NCBI GenBank assembly: GCA_005786805.1
Contig: SYCV01000057.1
Location: 56,565 to 120,564 of the forward strand
Source: Planctomycetia bacterium
Lineage (GTDB): Bacteria > Planctomycetota > Planctomycetia > Gemmatales > Gemmataceae
Reading direction: 5' to 3'
Length of the DNA stretch: 64,000 bases
Each line of letters begins with the position of its first letter. The first letter of the stretch is position 1. Shown in pieces: positions 9,703 through 19,189 of this stretch. The position numbers and the translations under genes were made by a program. The notes under the pieces were generated by a model that searched no databases, had not been told where the DNA came from, and saw only the letters and a list, made by a program, of their open reading frames with translations.

Positions 9703-10674
9703 TTAGTCCAGAAAAATGGAAAGGTCTTGTGGATTACCCTGGCATCGTCGGGATGACATTTCATTTATAATTTTTAGGGCTAAGTTATTCAAAGGACAGG
9801 GGATATTGGAGGTTTTGGCAAGGCGGGAGAGATGGCCATTGTAATTTTCAATTTCTGTTTGGCCTTTTTGAATATCAAGGAACATCGAGCAGTAAGTCTT
9901 TTTTAAAGATGGCCTGAAAAAAGGGGCCAAGCTTTCGCCAAGCCATTGGTGACTTAGCAGCCATGCGACTTTATCAGGGTGAAAAGGGCCGATTATGCCT
10001 AAGGGTTGTTTGCAAGCTTTTAAAATAGAATGATTTTCAAGAAGAAACTTAAAAAACAAGGTTCTAAGCTTGCCGGGTTTCAAAAGCGATGCGTTTTCAA
10101 GTCCCCCCGCACTGGTCAATGGACTAATTGCTGCATTGTACATTAACTTTGTGTTTTTGTATGGAAGGCTCCATCCGACCAGATGGGAATCAAAATCTCC
10201 TTGTTTAAGGCTATTATTGAGGTCTTCAAGGATTGTCAGGTTTGCCCATGGTTTAATAGGACCTATGTGAAGTTTCCCTTTTCTGGTAATGGTGGCTTTG
10301 GTTGTTTTTGGTGAGCATTCAGAAATGAAAGAGGCTATTCCTTCTCCAGTCAAAGGGAATGCTGATAAATTTTCATCAAAACCATTTTGAATTGGAACAA
10401 CCTTCGTGCTGGGAGTGAATTTTTTTAATATTTCATCGTTGTTGTAGCATTTAACACAGAGGATATTTAGTGCTTCCGGGTCAGGGTTCCATTGATCAAA
10501 TTCTGAAATATCAATTGAAAAAGACTGATTATTGAGGATAACTCCCTGATTCTTGCAGAATGCCACTTTTTCAGGGTCTTTCTCGATGAGCAGGACTTTT
10601 TTTCCTGCCTTGTGAAGGCTTATTGCAATCGCCAGGCCGATGCCTCCCGCCCCTATAACATGATATGTTTTCAC
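9703..10674 (-). CDS. ketopantoate reductase (PanE/ApbA) family oxidoreductase
   Basis: N-terminal Rossmann motif HVIGAGGIGLAIAISLHKAGKKVLLIE. Length and C-terminal helical domain fit the family. Apparent GTG start. Confidence 0.7.
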   Translation of the reverse strand: MKTYHVIGAGGIGLAIAISLHKAGKKVLLIEKDPEKVAFCKNQGVILNNQSFSIDISEFDQWNPDPEALNILCVKCYNNDEILKKFTPSTKVVPIQNGFDENLSAFPLTGEGIASFISECSPKTTKATITRKGKLHIGPIKPWANLTILEDLNNSLKQGDFDSHLVGWSLPYKNTKLMYNAAISPLTSAGGLENASLLKPGKLRTLFFKFLLENHSILKACKQPLGIIGPFHPDKVAWLLSHQWLGESLAPFFRPSLKKTYCSMFLDIQKGQTEIENYNGHLSRLAKTSNIPCPLNNLALKIINEMSSRRCQGNPQDLSIFLD

Positions 10675-10838
10675 AAATTGCCCTCGTTATTCTGACATTG
10701 CGAGATAAATATTCCTGTTTTTGCTATTTCAACTAAAAATTTACATGCTAAATGGCTGATAAGGTGTGCGACTTATGCGTGTGAATTTTGTATTATAATT
10801 GATAATATTCATTGTTTTCTTTTGGTTAGGTTTTATAT

Positions 10839-11333
10839 ATGCCTCCTGAAGCTATTTTTGACCACACAACCCTGGACTTAAACAAAGTTGTAATAAGTCA
10901 GGAAGAGATTCGTAAGTCTAATCCACAGCGTTTCGAAATGGAACACTTGGACGGAATACTTATGATTGACCCTGAGAATCACATAATCGTTGGTTTTAAA
11001 GATGTTCGCTCTGATGAGTTTTGGGTTCGTGGCCATATGCCTGGTTACCCAATTCTTCCCGGGGTCATCATGTGTGAGTCTGCAGCCCAATTGTGTTCCT
11101 ATTATGTTGTGAACAAAGGTTTTCTAAATGGTGACTTCATCGGGTTTTTAGGGCTGGAAAATGTTCGCTTTCGATCTGTTGTGAAGCCTGGGGATAAACT
11201 TGTTTTAGTTGGCAAGTCTATCAAGCTTAATCGCAGGCAGACAATTTTTAGTGTTCAAGGGTTTGTGGGTTCCACCATGGTTTTTCATTGCGAGGTAATA
11301 GGTGGCCCCCTGAGTATGAATCCTGCCACCTGA
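10839..11333 (+). CDS. fabZ: 3-hydroxyacyl-ACP dehydratase, FabZ family (hotdog fold)
   Basis: FWVRGHMPGYPILPGVIMCESAAQL matches the FabZ active-site region (H...PG.P..PGV...E..AQ). GLENVRFRSVVKPGD. Confidence 0.75.
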   Translation: MPPEAIFDHTTLDLNKVVISQEEIRKSNPQRFEMEHLDGILMIDPENHIIVGFKDVRSDEFWVRGHMPGYPILPGVIMCESAAQLCSYYVVNKGFLNGDFIGFLGLENVRFRSVVKPGDKLVLVGKSIKLNRRQTIFSVQGFVGSTMVFHCEVIGGPLSMNPAT

Positions 11334-11345
11334 TTTATTTCCTAT

Positions 11346-11996
11346 TTGGGTGTAATAGTGCGAAAACCAATCCGACTTTCTATTGAGGAACTGTCACCCT
11401 GCACGACTTCTGTTCCTGAACCACCAGCGATTTTTGACTGGCCAAGTCTTTTTGGGAACTCCAATCCGGTTGAAATGGAAATTGGTTTTGGAAAAGGTCG
11501 GTTTCTTGTCCATGCCACCCAGGCTAATCCCAATGTTAATTACTTCGGTATCGAGATTATTCGAAAGTACCAACTGTATACCGCGACGCGCTTGGTAAAA
11601 CGAAAATTAACCAATGTCAAAGTGTGCTGTGCGGATGCCAAATTAGTTCTTTCAAATTCAATTCCGCCTAATTCCTTGAGTGCGGTGAATATATTTTTCC
11701 CAGATCCCTGGTGGAAAAAAAGGCATCACAAACGAAGGCTTTTTGATGAAGGTTTCGTCAAATCATTAGCGCCTGTTTTGGTGCCTGGCGGGTGGATTAA
11801 TATCGCAACGGATGTTGAAGAGTACTTTCAGGAAATAACGGCGCTATTTGCTGAAAAACTTCCTTTTCTTAAAGGCGAACCTTGGGGAGAGGATAGCCCG
11901 GATTCCTTGGTTGAAGGGCATTTGACCAATTTTGAGAAAAAGTTTGTCGACCAAGGTAAGCCGATTCACCATGTCCGTTATCGCAAGCCTATTTAA
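11346..11996 (+). CDS. trmB: tRNA (guanine46-N7)-methyltransferase
   Basis: EIGFGKGRFL, NYFGIEI, FFPDPWWKKRHHKRRL, TDVEEYF. The start is uncertain: TTG at 11346 or GTG at 11358. Confidence 0.88.
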   Translation: MGVIVRKPIRLSIEELSPCTTSVPEPPAIFDWPSLFGNSNPVEMEIGFGKGRFLVHATQANPNVNYFGIEIIRKYQLYTATRLVKRKLTNVKVCCADAKLVLSNSIPPNSLSAVNIFFPDPWWKKRHHKRRLFDEGFVKSLAPVLVPGGWINIATDVEEYFQEITALFAEKLPFLKGEPWGEDSPDSLVEGHLTNFEKKFVDQGKPIHHVRYRKPI

Positions 11997-12205
11997 ATGC
12001 ATTTTTAAAGGAAAACAAAAGCGATCCTCCCAGCGAAGAGGTTGGGTTTAAGGGCATTTGGCAAGAGGTTTGTGGTAAAAGTTAAAGCAACCCAGGGACT
12101 GCGTTTCATGAGTCGCTCTTTTTGCATGATGCAAGTCAAAAATAAAACAACGCTTACTTCAATGAGGTGTGGATGTGGACGGATTATGTAAAAGTCGATT
12201 AGTCG

Positions 12206-14407
12206 TTAGCTCACGAAGACTCCGCCGGTGTTAGCTGGATCTCCGCTGTAAAAGGAGAACAGCAGATCTAAGGCTGGGAAGCTAAAGACATTAACTTGTG
12301 GGCCACCGCCAAAGCCAGCACCGGTGATGATATCTGCGATGCCATCGCTGTTGCCATCGTTAATGCCAACGCGGACGCCGCCTAAAAAATCTTCTGAATA
12401 AGCGTAAAACTGTGCAATTAGCGCGCCATTGTAGGGGTTCCAGACTGCAACGACTGGCGCTCCACCTTGGCCAGCACCGGTGACAACTTCGATGGTCCCA
12501 TCGCTGCCGATATCACCTGCTGCGACATATACACCGCCTGTGAAGGATAAAGGGTAGGCATACCATTGGCTGATAATTGTGTTGGAGGCGCCATCGAAAA
12601 TTTTAACATGGGGTGCGCCACCAGGGCCAGCACCGGTAACAATGTCAAGGATGCCATCGTTGTTGAAATCGATGGATGCAATGCTAACGCCGCCTGTGAA
12701 ATCTCTTGAATAAGCGTAGAAGGATCGAAGGATGTTTAGGTTTCTACCATTGAACACTCTGACTTCTGGGCCACCGCTTGGCCCCGCGCCTGCTATTATG
12801 TCTAAGATGCCATCACTGTTGACATCTTGAACAGCGACAAATATGCCCCCAGTAAAGGCTTTATCGAAGGCAAAGAAACTTTCCATTACTGCGCCGGTTT
12901 GCGAATCAAGGATTGCAATGGCAGGTCCACCGCCAAAGCCTGCACCAGCGATGATGTCTGCCACACCATCATTATTGAAGTCGCCTGAGACAACTTTTAT
13001 AGGGCCACTGAATCCTGGAAAAGGAACTGCTGTCCCCGTTTCTTCTCCGGTAACGGGGTCATGAAGGGTGACAGTGCTGGAATGACCAGAGGAAGGGGCC
13101 AGTGGCGTTGATGTGACCAATGGTGCAATATTCGATGTTGCAGTCACTTGGGCTGAACCACTTATAAAGTTAGGCCGGGTCGTGGTTATGGTAGCGGTGG
13201 AAGAGGTATTTGGTGCAACTCCTCTTACTGTTACCAAACCAGTGTTGGATATTGCTACTTTGCCGTTTGCGGTGGCGGTTCCAACATGGGTGAAGGCTCC
13301 GTTGAAGTTAGTGATTTGAACATTGAAACCGTCTGCTGTTGCAGTTGGAGTGCCAAAGGTTGGTGTGTTAGCTGCATTCAGCGGAGCGGAAGGTGCGGAG
13401 ATACCCCCGACGCCTACAATAGCACTTGCAACTCGAAAACCGATGTAAGGATCCTCAAAAGCTGGGTTCACAGAAAAAGTGGTTCTATTGTCGGCCTGAA
13501 GAACTTGAACTTCATTGTTAACGGCCCCTCCGATAATAATTCGATTCTCGTAGGGGATGGTATTTGAACCGGTGGATGAAGTTTCAAGCCATTCAGCAAC
13601 ATTTCCGCCTTGTCCCATTGTCCCGTATGCGCTCAATCCCCCAGCACTGTTCACGTTGGCTGGCGATGATGTGGGACTTTGGCCGTATACCGCAGTTCCA
13701 GCAGCCGTTCCGCTTAGGACAGATGTGGGGGCCGTATTGCTCCCAGTCGGGTAATTCCAGTAGTCGGCCGTTGCCCCGTTATTCATTTGATAAGCAGACT
13801 TAAACCACTCGTTTTCATTGGGAAGAAAATAATACGCGTTTTTATTTCGAAATAGGTTTTGACCACCGTTTTGCCATGCATCCTCTGAACTCCAAAGACT
13901 CATGACCCAAGAGCTGTTATTGGATCCTCCGACATAGGTGAGGTTGTATGCGATTTGGTTCCCAGAGTCTGTGTTTAGCCAATTGACGAATGCTGCCGCT
14001 TCATACCACTTCAGGAATGCGGCGGGTTGGTTCGTGCCCCATGCACCGGCAGTCACTCCTAATAATCCGCCAGCCGTTGCCATAGTGATATTACTTTGGG
14101 AAATTTCATAAACACTCATCATGTATTCGTACGGGACTGCACCATAGTTGTTTCTCGAACTCACATCCCCAGGATTTCCGGCATTGCCCACATTGACAAA
14201 GTCGATACTGAATTGATGTGATCCTGATCCAAAGTTGTCGACGCTTCCAGTAATGGATGAGGTGTTTGGAAATCCAGGCGAGGAAGGGACAACGGGTACA
14301 ACTCTTTCTTCTAGGTAAAGGAGTTCGAGTTTACGGCTAAAACCCTTTTTTAATCCTGTTTTAGTGCGTTTTCGGGTGAAAAGATTTTTGATAGCCTTTA
14401 AAAACAT
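12206..14407 (-). CDS. secreted multidomain protein: formylglycine-generating-enzyme (SUMF1)-like domain + Ig-like linker + five FG-GAP/VCBS repeats
   Basis: N-terminal RKLELLYLEERVVP leader. FGE-like segments (YMMSVYEISQ, WYEAAAFVNWLN, FLPNENEWFKSAY, GGNVAEWLE, GFRVA). C-terminal five copies of D.N.DG..DI..GAG.GGGP.V.VF. Start taken at the ATG (Met3). Confidence 0.8.
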   Translation of the reverse strand: MFLKAIKNLFTRKRTKTGLKKGFSRKLELLYLEERVVPVVPSSPGFPNTSSITGSVDNFGSGSHQFSIDFVNVGNAGNPGDVSSRNNYGAVPYEYMMSVYEISQSNITMATAGGLLGVTAGAWGTNQPAAFLKWYEAAAFVNWLNTDSGNQIAYNLTYVGGSNNSSWVMSLWSSEDAWQNGGQNLFRNKNAYYFLPNENEWFKSAYQMNNGATADYWNYPTGSNTAPTSVLSGTAAGTAVYGQSPTSSPANVNSAGGLSAYGTMGQGGNVAEWLETSSTGSNTIPYENRIIIGGAVNNEVQVLQADNRTTFSVNPAFEDPYIGFRVASAIVGVGGISAPSAPLNAANTPTFGTPTATADGFNVQITNFNGAFTHVGTATANGKVAISNTGLVTVRGVAPNTSSTATITTTRPNFISGSAQVTATSNIAPLVTSTPLAPSSGHSSTVTLHDPVTGEETGTAVPFPGFSGPIKVVSGDFNNDGVADIIAGAGFGGGPAIAILDSQTGAVMESFFAFDKAFTGGIFVAVQDVNSDGILDIIAGAGPSGGPEVRVFNGRNLNILRSFYAYSRDFTGGVSIASIDFNNDGILDIVTGAGPGGAPHVKIFDGASNTIISQWYAYPLSFTGGVYVAAGDIGSDGTIEVVTGAGQGGAPVVAVWNPYNGALIAQFYAYSEDFLGGVRVGINDGNSDGIADIITGAGFGGGPQVNVFSFPALDLLFSFYSGDPANTGGVFVS
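12209..12994 (-). repeat. five tandem ~48-aa (~145-nt) FG-GAP coding repeats
   Basis: GDFNNDGVADIIAGAGFGGGPAIAILD / QDVNSDGILDIIAGAGPSGGPEVRVFN / IDFNNDGILDIVTGAGPGGAPHVKIFD / GDIGSDGTIEVVTGAGQGGAPVVAVWN / NDGNSDGIADIITGAGFGGGPQVNVFS. Confidence 0.85.
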
Positions 14408-14768
14408 CAGCAATTCCTTGAATTTAAATTATTTAAACTGAATCTTTGATAAAAAAAGCAATTAAGTACAGCACGAGTGCAAAGCAAACACTTCGTAAAA
14501 TAATGTAACTTAAAGGTATCTGACAAAAAAAGGATGTCAAAGAAAAACAGAATGTTACATCCATTCAACCTGTATTGATTAATTCATAAATTCAGAACGG
14601 TGGTTTGCTTTGCAACCCTTGGGCAAGCTAAGGAACTAGGTTTTCTTCGCAAAAGCACCGAACTGGTTCAACTGGTTAATTCCTAACACCTTAAGTCAGT
14701 TGCATATTTTGCCGATACTTTCTTTGGTTTCTTGAAAATAATCATGAAACTAGGGAGATATTTTGTAT

Positions 14769-15683
14769 ATGGCAGGCCTGAATAATGATACCTCAGGCAG
14801 ATTTTTCCCCTCCACCCCAAATCCTTCGTGTTATTACCCTTCAACGGTCCACGAAGTTGCGTTGGCGGGATTGGTAAAGGCATTGGAATATGGGGAACCT
14901 TTTGCACTCCTGATTGGTCAGCCCGGTTTGGGAAAAACATTGCTTGCCCAAGTTTTACTAGAGCGCCTTGAGAATCCAAAGGCGGTGGCTTTTCTTCCCC
15001 ACGCAAGATTTGAAAATTCACAAGGACTTCTGCAGGGAATACTTTTTGATCTGGGTTTAGGAAGCGAAAAGCATACCGCCCAAGAACTAAGAATGGATCT
15101 CACCGAAAAGTTATATCAATCTTATGCTGAAAATGGTCCCGCATTGATCATTCAAGATGAAGCTCATCTTCTTCAACCGGAATTGCTTGAGGAATATCGA
15201 TTGATCGGGAATTTGGAAACTGGGTCGGGAAGGGCTGCCCAAGTTGTCCTTTTGGCCCAGCCTGATATTTTGGAAACTCTTAGAAAGCCATATTTTGAAT
15301 CATTCAAACAGCGCTTATCCATATGCCCTTCACTGGAACCGTTGGGTAAATACGAGGCTGCGGATTATCTGATTCATCATTCCAGAATCAGGCAGGATAT
15401 GCCCGGTTATTTTACTGAAAGCGCCCTCGAAAAATTGGTTTCCTTCAGTTGTGGAATACCTCGTATTTTGAACCAGGTTGGGGAGATCTCGCATCAGCAG
15501 GTGGTTCAAGCGGGGCAATTAAAAATGGATCTTGAGCATGTTCAAGCCGCGATTGAGTTGCTGAAGCGTCCCTGGCTTCGAGCTAGGGAAAACCGGGAAT
15601 TCGATCATTTCCAAAACATGGATCGAGTGCAGGGACCTGATGTCCGATTATTAAATCATGGTGGGTTGGGATGGACTGCCTGA
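14769..15683 (+). CDS. ExeA/GspA-like AAA+ (AAA_22) ATPase
   Basis: Walker A LLIGQPGLGKTLLAQ and Walker B ALIIQDEAHLL, with the LLAQP sensor region. GGGAG lies 11 nt upstream of the ATG at 14769. Confidence 0.75.
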   Translation: MAGLNNDTSGRFFPSTPNPSCYYPSTVHEVALAGLVKALEYGEPFALLIGQPGLGKTLLAQVLLERLENPKAVAFLPHARFENSQGLLQGILFDLGLGSEKHTAQELRMDLTEKLYQSYAENGPALIIQDEAHLLQPELLEEYRLIGNLETGSGRAAQVVLLAQPDILETLRKPYFESFKQRLSICPSLEPLGKYEAADYLIHHSRIRQDMPGYFTESALEKLVSFSCGIPRILNQVGEISHQQVVQAGQLKMDLEHVQAAIELLKRPWLRARENREFDHFQNMDRVQGPDVRLLNHGGLGWTA

Positions 15684-15722
15684 ACTTAGGTGAAATGTCT
15701 GTCTGTACGGAGGTTTTCAAGG

Positions 15723-16658
15723 ATGGCTAGATTGTTCGATTCACTTGGTTCGGGTGCTAAACCTAAAACTGGTAGAAAAACCAGGAAAATTGATTTGAAT
15801 TCTGGGTTACCCAAAGCCCAGGAACCCTCTATTCAGAATCTTCAAGAGGAATCTAATTCTGCTGGATTTTCATTTATCGAAGTTGGGCCGAAAGGATTTC
15901 TTGTTGGATCTCCTGATGTGGTCGCTGAATCCCAGCAGGCACCCCCATCTGTTAAAACAAATAATCCTGAGCCGGAAATTTCAAAAGTTGAGCCTTTGAC
16001 TACCCCTGCCATATTTTCTTCAAGCAAACAGGGCAACATAGATGAGGGCGAAAGTTATGCTGATTTGATGAAAAGTTTGATAGCTGAATTTCCCACAAAT
16101 CAAGAAGGCACATTAATGTTTGTGACCCCTCCATCAGTTCAGATAGCTGACGCGGTGGTTAAACTGGCAAAGGAAGCTGCTCTTTGCGGGGAAGTGGTTT
16201 TAGTTGAAACAAGGGAAAACGCGGGTACTCTTCACCAATGGTTGGGATTAAGGGAATATCCAGGTTGGCAGGATGTGATAGCAGGAAAAGCAGAGCTCGA
16301 AGAATGTTTGCAAGAATCTGGGGTGCCGGGTTTAAAAGTAGTGACTGCCGGAAGTAAAAATCCAGGGGTAAAAAAAGGTCCAAGACTGATCGCCCGTTCA
16401 CCTAGGGGTTTGGTTCGAGCTTTGAGAAGACAGCATCGATTAATTTTGGTGGATGGAGGGGTTTGGTGCGAAGAATCGGGTTCTCTAGGCCTTGCCCGTG
16501 AATGCGATGGTATATGCCTGCTTGTGCCTGCAAGTAAATCCGGATCTGCCACAGTAGAGGAAATATTGGGAAGAATTGAGGATTCTGGAAGCAAACTGGC
16601 TGGGGTTCTGGTATTACCGAATCAAGATCGATTAAAAAACATCAGGAAAGTGGCGTAA
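15723..16658 (+). CDS. BY-kinase/MinD-fold protein lacking Walker A, with a disordered Pro/Ser-rich N-terminus
   Basis: The C-terminal ~190 aa align by eye with CpsD/Wzc C-terminal kinase domains (LMFVTPP..., VVLVETRENAG, GLKVVTAGS, LILVDGG, GICLLVPA, LAGVLVL). The P-loop position reads PPSVQIAD instead of G.GKS/T. GGAGG lies 9 nt upstream of the ATG at 15723. Confidence 0.6.
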   Translation: MARLFDSLGSGAKPKTGRKTRKIDLNSGLPKAQEPSIQNLQEESNSAGFSFIEVGPKGFLVGSPDVVAESQQAPPSVKTNNPEPEISKVEPLTTPAIFSSSKQGNIDEGESYADLMKSLIAEFPTNQEGTLMFVTPPSVQIADAVVKLAKEAALCGEVVLVETRENAGTLHQWLGLREYPGWQDVIAGKAELEECLQESGVPGLKVVTAGSKNPGVKKGPRLIARSPRGLVRALRRQHRLILVDGGVWCEESGSLGLARECDGICLLVPASKSGSATVEEILGRIEDSGSKLAGVLVLPNQDRLKNIRKVA

Positions 16659-16801
16659 ATTCTTGGTAATATCGAGGTTTTTTTCTTCAGCCTATTGCTC
16701 CTTGCCACTCTGTTTACGATAATATCTTTTCTGCATTAAGGCATTCGAGAGAACCTTCCAGCAGTGGCGGGTTCCTTTATTTTTTTTCAGGTATAAATGT
16801 C

Positions 16802-17443
16802 ATGGCTCAAGATGTGAAAATAAAGGCGCATAGTCGCAAAGAACAAGGCTCAAAGGCTTCTAAGAGGCTCAGGAAATCGGGAATGGTTCCCTGTGTTGTT
16901 TATGGACATAAGGAGAACGCTGTTAGCGTTTCCGCCAGCCATGATGAGCTAATTAAAATTGTAAAACATGGTCATCGCCTTGTTGATTTAGAAACTGATG
17001 GCAAGGTTGAAAAGGCGCTTATTAGGGATGTTCAGTGGGATTTTCTTGGAAATGATGTGATTCATGTGGATTTTTCCCGCGTAAGCGCGGATGAGAAAAT
17101 TCATATCACCGTTCCAATGGAGTTAAAGGGTACCGCTCCTGGCTTATTGTCTGGTGGTGTTCTCGATATGCCGATGCATTCGATTCATATTGAATGCTTG
17201 GTGGTTAATATTCCTGATGTGATTCGCGTGAATGTAGGCGAATTACAGGTTGGTGGCGTTATCCATGTAAGGGAATTGGTTGCACCTGAGGGGGTTAAGT
17301 TCCTTGCGGATGCTGATTCTGTTGTTGTCCAGATTGTTTCTCCGAAGGCCGAGGTTGCATCAACCGTGCCTCCAGAGTTGGGCGCTGCAACTGAACCTGA
17401 AGTTATCAAGAAACCTAAACCGGTAGCTGAAGAGGAAGAGTAA
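16802..17443 (+). CDS. rplY: 50S ribosomal protein L25 / general stress protein Ctc (long form)
   Basis: RKEQGSKASKRLRKSGMVPCVVYG, HGHRLVDLE, DVQWDFLGNDVIHVDF, with an acidic C-terminal tail. Confidence 0.9.
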   Translation: MAQDVKIKAHSRKEQGSKASKRLRKSGMVPCVVYGHKENAVSVSASHDELIKIVKHGHRLVDLETDGKVEKALIRDVQWDFLGNDVIHVDFSRVSADEKIHITVPMELKGTAPGLLSGGVLDMPMHSIHIECLVVNIPDVIRVNVGELQVGGVIHVRELVAPEGVKFLADADSVVVQIVSPKAEVASTVPPELGAATEPEVIKKPKPVAEEEE

Positions 17444-17477
17444 ATCAAGCCTTTTAAATGATAAAAGGGTTGGGATT

Positions 17478-18044
17478 ATGAAGGTGGTTGTGGGTTTGGG
17501 AAACCCTGGTGTTGATTACGATGGGACCCGCCATAACATTGGTTTTGAGGTGCTGGATAAGATCGCAAAGACGGAAAGTGATGGCAGATTTGCGTTAAAG
17601 TTTCATGGTGCTGTGAGTCAGGTTTCAAAAGGTGAAGAAAAGATTTTGCTTGTAAAGCCCATGACTTTTATGAATCTTAGTGGTTCCTGTGTTTCTGAGA
17701 TATTAGGTTTTTACAGGGTCGAGCCTGTTGACTTGATTGTTCTTTGCGATGATGTGAATCTTCCCCTGGGAAAAATCAGGGTGCGGTCCGAAGGTGGTCA
17801 TGGTGGGCATAATGGCCTAAGGGATATACAGGCCAAACTGGGAAGCACGAGTTACCCCAGGATCAGGCTTGGAGTAGGTGGACCTGGCGAGTCGAATTTA
17901 TCAGGATTTGTCTTGGGTAAATTTCGTTCTAACGAATTTTCCGAAGCAAAAATGATGGTCGATGATGCGATTGATGCGGTTTGGTGTTGGGTCAGGGATG
18001 GGATTCATGTTTGCATGAACCGATTCAATGGCCCGGTTAAGTAA
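17478..18044 (+). CDS. pth: peptidyl-tRNA hydrolase
   Basis: VVGLGNPGVDYDGTRHNIGF, PMTFMNLSG, GGHGGHNGLRDI. Confidence 0.93.
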   Translation: MKVVVGLGNPGVDYDGTRHNIGFEVLDKIAKTESDGRFALKFHGAVSQVSKGEEKILLVKPMTFMNLSGSCVSEILGFYRVEPVDLIVLCDDVNLPLGKIRVRSEGGHGGHNGLRDIQAKLGSTSYPRIRLGVGGPGESNLSGFVLGKFRSNEFSEAKMMVDDAIDAVWCWVRDGIHVCMNRFNGPVK

Positions 18045-18085
18045 CAAAGATATTGTTGTTTTTTATCAAGGATAGGGTGTGAATC

Positions 18086-18541
18086 ATGGCAGTTAATGTG
18101 AATGTTTATGAATGCATGTTTTTGCTCGACACCAACAAGGTGGCGGGTAATACCACTGAATTATCAAATCAAATTCACGCCATCCTTGAAAAGCACAAGG
18201 CTGATATTTTGGTTTCAAGGCCATGGGATGATCGTAAGTTGGCTTATGCGGTGAAGGGCCAGAAGAAAGCTCTTTATTATTTGGTATATATTAAGATTGA
18301 AGGCCCGAGTTTGGCTGCTGTTGAGCATGATTGTCTCTTGAATGAGAACATCCTGCGTTTCCTTTTCATCAAAATTGATCCCAAACTTGTTGATGTCATG
18401 GTTTCACTTGCCCGCGAGGACAGGCCTGTTGCATTGCAAACTGTTCAACAAGATCCTACGGGCGAAGATTATTTTCAGGAAGAAGAGCGAGCTCCTCGTC
18501 GTGGGGGCGGTGGTGGTCGTCGCTACGAAGGGAAAGATTAA
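18086..18541 (+). CDS. rpsF: 30S ribosomal protein S6 with an Arg/Gly-rich C-terminal tail
   Basis: YECMFLLD, WDDRKLAYAVKGQKKALYYLV, ENILRFLFIK. The tail reads RRGGGGGRRYEGKD. Confidence 0.9.
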   Translation: MAVNVNVYECMFLLDTNKVAGNTTELSNQIHAILEKHKADILVSRPWDDRKLAYAVKGQKKALYYLVYIKIEGPSLAAVEHDCLLNENILRFLFIKIDPKLVDVMVSLAREDRPVALQTVQQDPTGEDYFQEEERAPRRGGGGGRRYEGKD

Positions 18542-18658
18542 TTAGTGTTTTTTCGGTGGATTGCTTCCTGCTAGGCTTGATAAGTTTGATTTCTATTTTA
18601 ATCTATCAAAACCAAGCTAGGGATATAAATACCGTAAACTCACAGGAGCAGTGATACC

Positions 18659-19159
18659 ATGGCAAACCTCAACAAAGTGATGTTAATTGGCAGGTTGACT
18701 AGGGATCCTGAGGTAAGAACTTTTAGTAATGGTGGCAAAGTTGCCAAGTTTGGTTTTGCAGTCAACAACAGAACCAAAAAAGGTGGCGAATGGGTTGATG
18801 AGCCGGTTTTCCTTGATTGTCAGGCGTTTAACAGGGGAGAATTTGGTAAACTTGCTGACCGTGTCGAACAAATGATGTCCAAGGGAAAGCAGTGCTATCT
18901 TGAAGGTCATTTGGTTTTGGAACAATGGACTTCCCAAGCTGGTGAAAAAAGACAGGCCCTAAAAATAGTTGTTGATAGTCTCCAGATGCTTGATGGAAGA
19001 GGTAATTCTGAGGATGGTGGCAGTCGCGAGCCAAGGGGTTCATCCCGCAAAGGCGGGGCTTCTGCGGGCGGCGATGCTTATGATTTTGGTGCTGAGGATT
19101 TTGCAGAAGAAGGCGGCAATCGCCCTGCTCCTCGCGAAGATGAAGAACTTCCCTTCTAA
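18659..19159 (+). CDS. ssb: single-stranded DNA-binding protein
   Basis: MANLNKVMLIGRLTRDPEVR OB-fold start, a Gly-rich linker, and the acidic tip EDEELPF. Confidence 0.93.
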   Translation: MANLNKVMLIGRLTRDPEVRTFSNGGKVAKFGFAVNNRTKKGGEWVDEPVFLDCQAFNRGEFGKLADRVEQMMSKGKQCYLEGHLVLEQWTSQAGEKRQALKIVVDSLQMLDGRGNSEDGGSREPRGSSRKGGASAGGDAYDFGAEDFAEEGGNRPAPREDEELPF

Positions 19160-19189
19160 TTTTGAAGGGCAAAGCAAGGGAGTTGAAAG

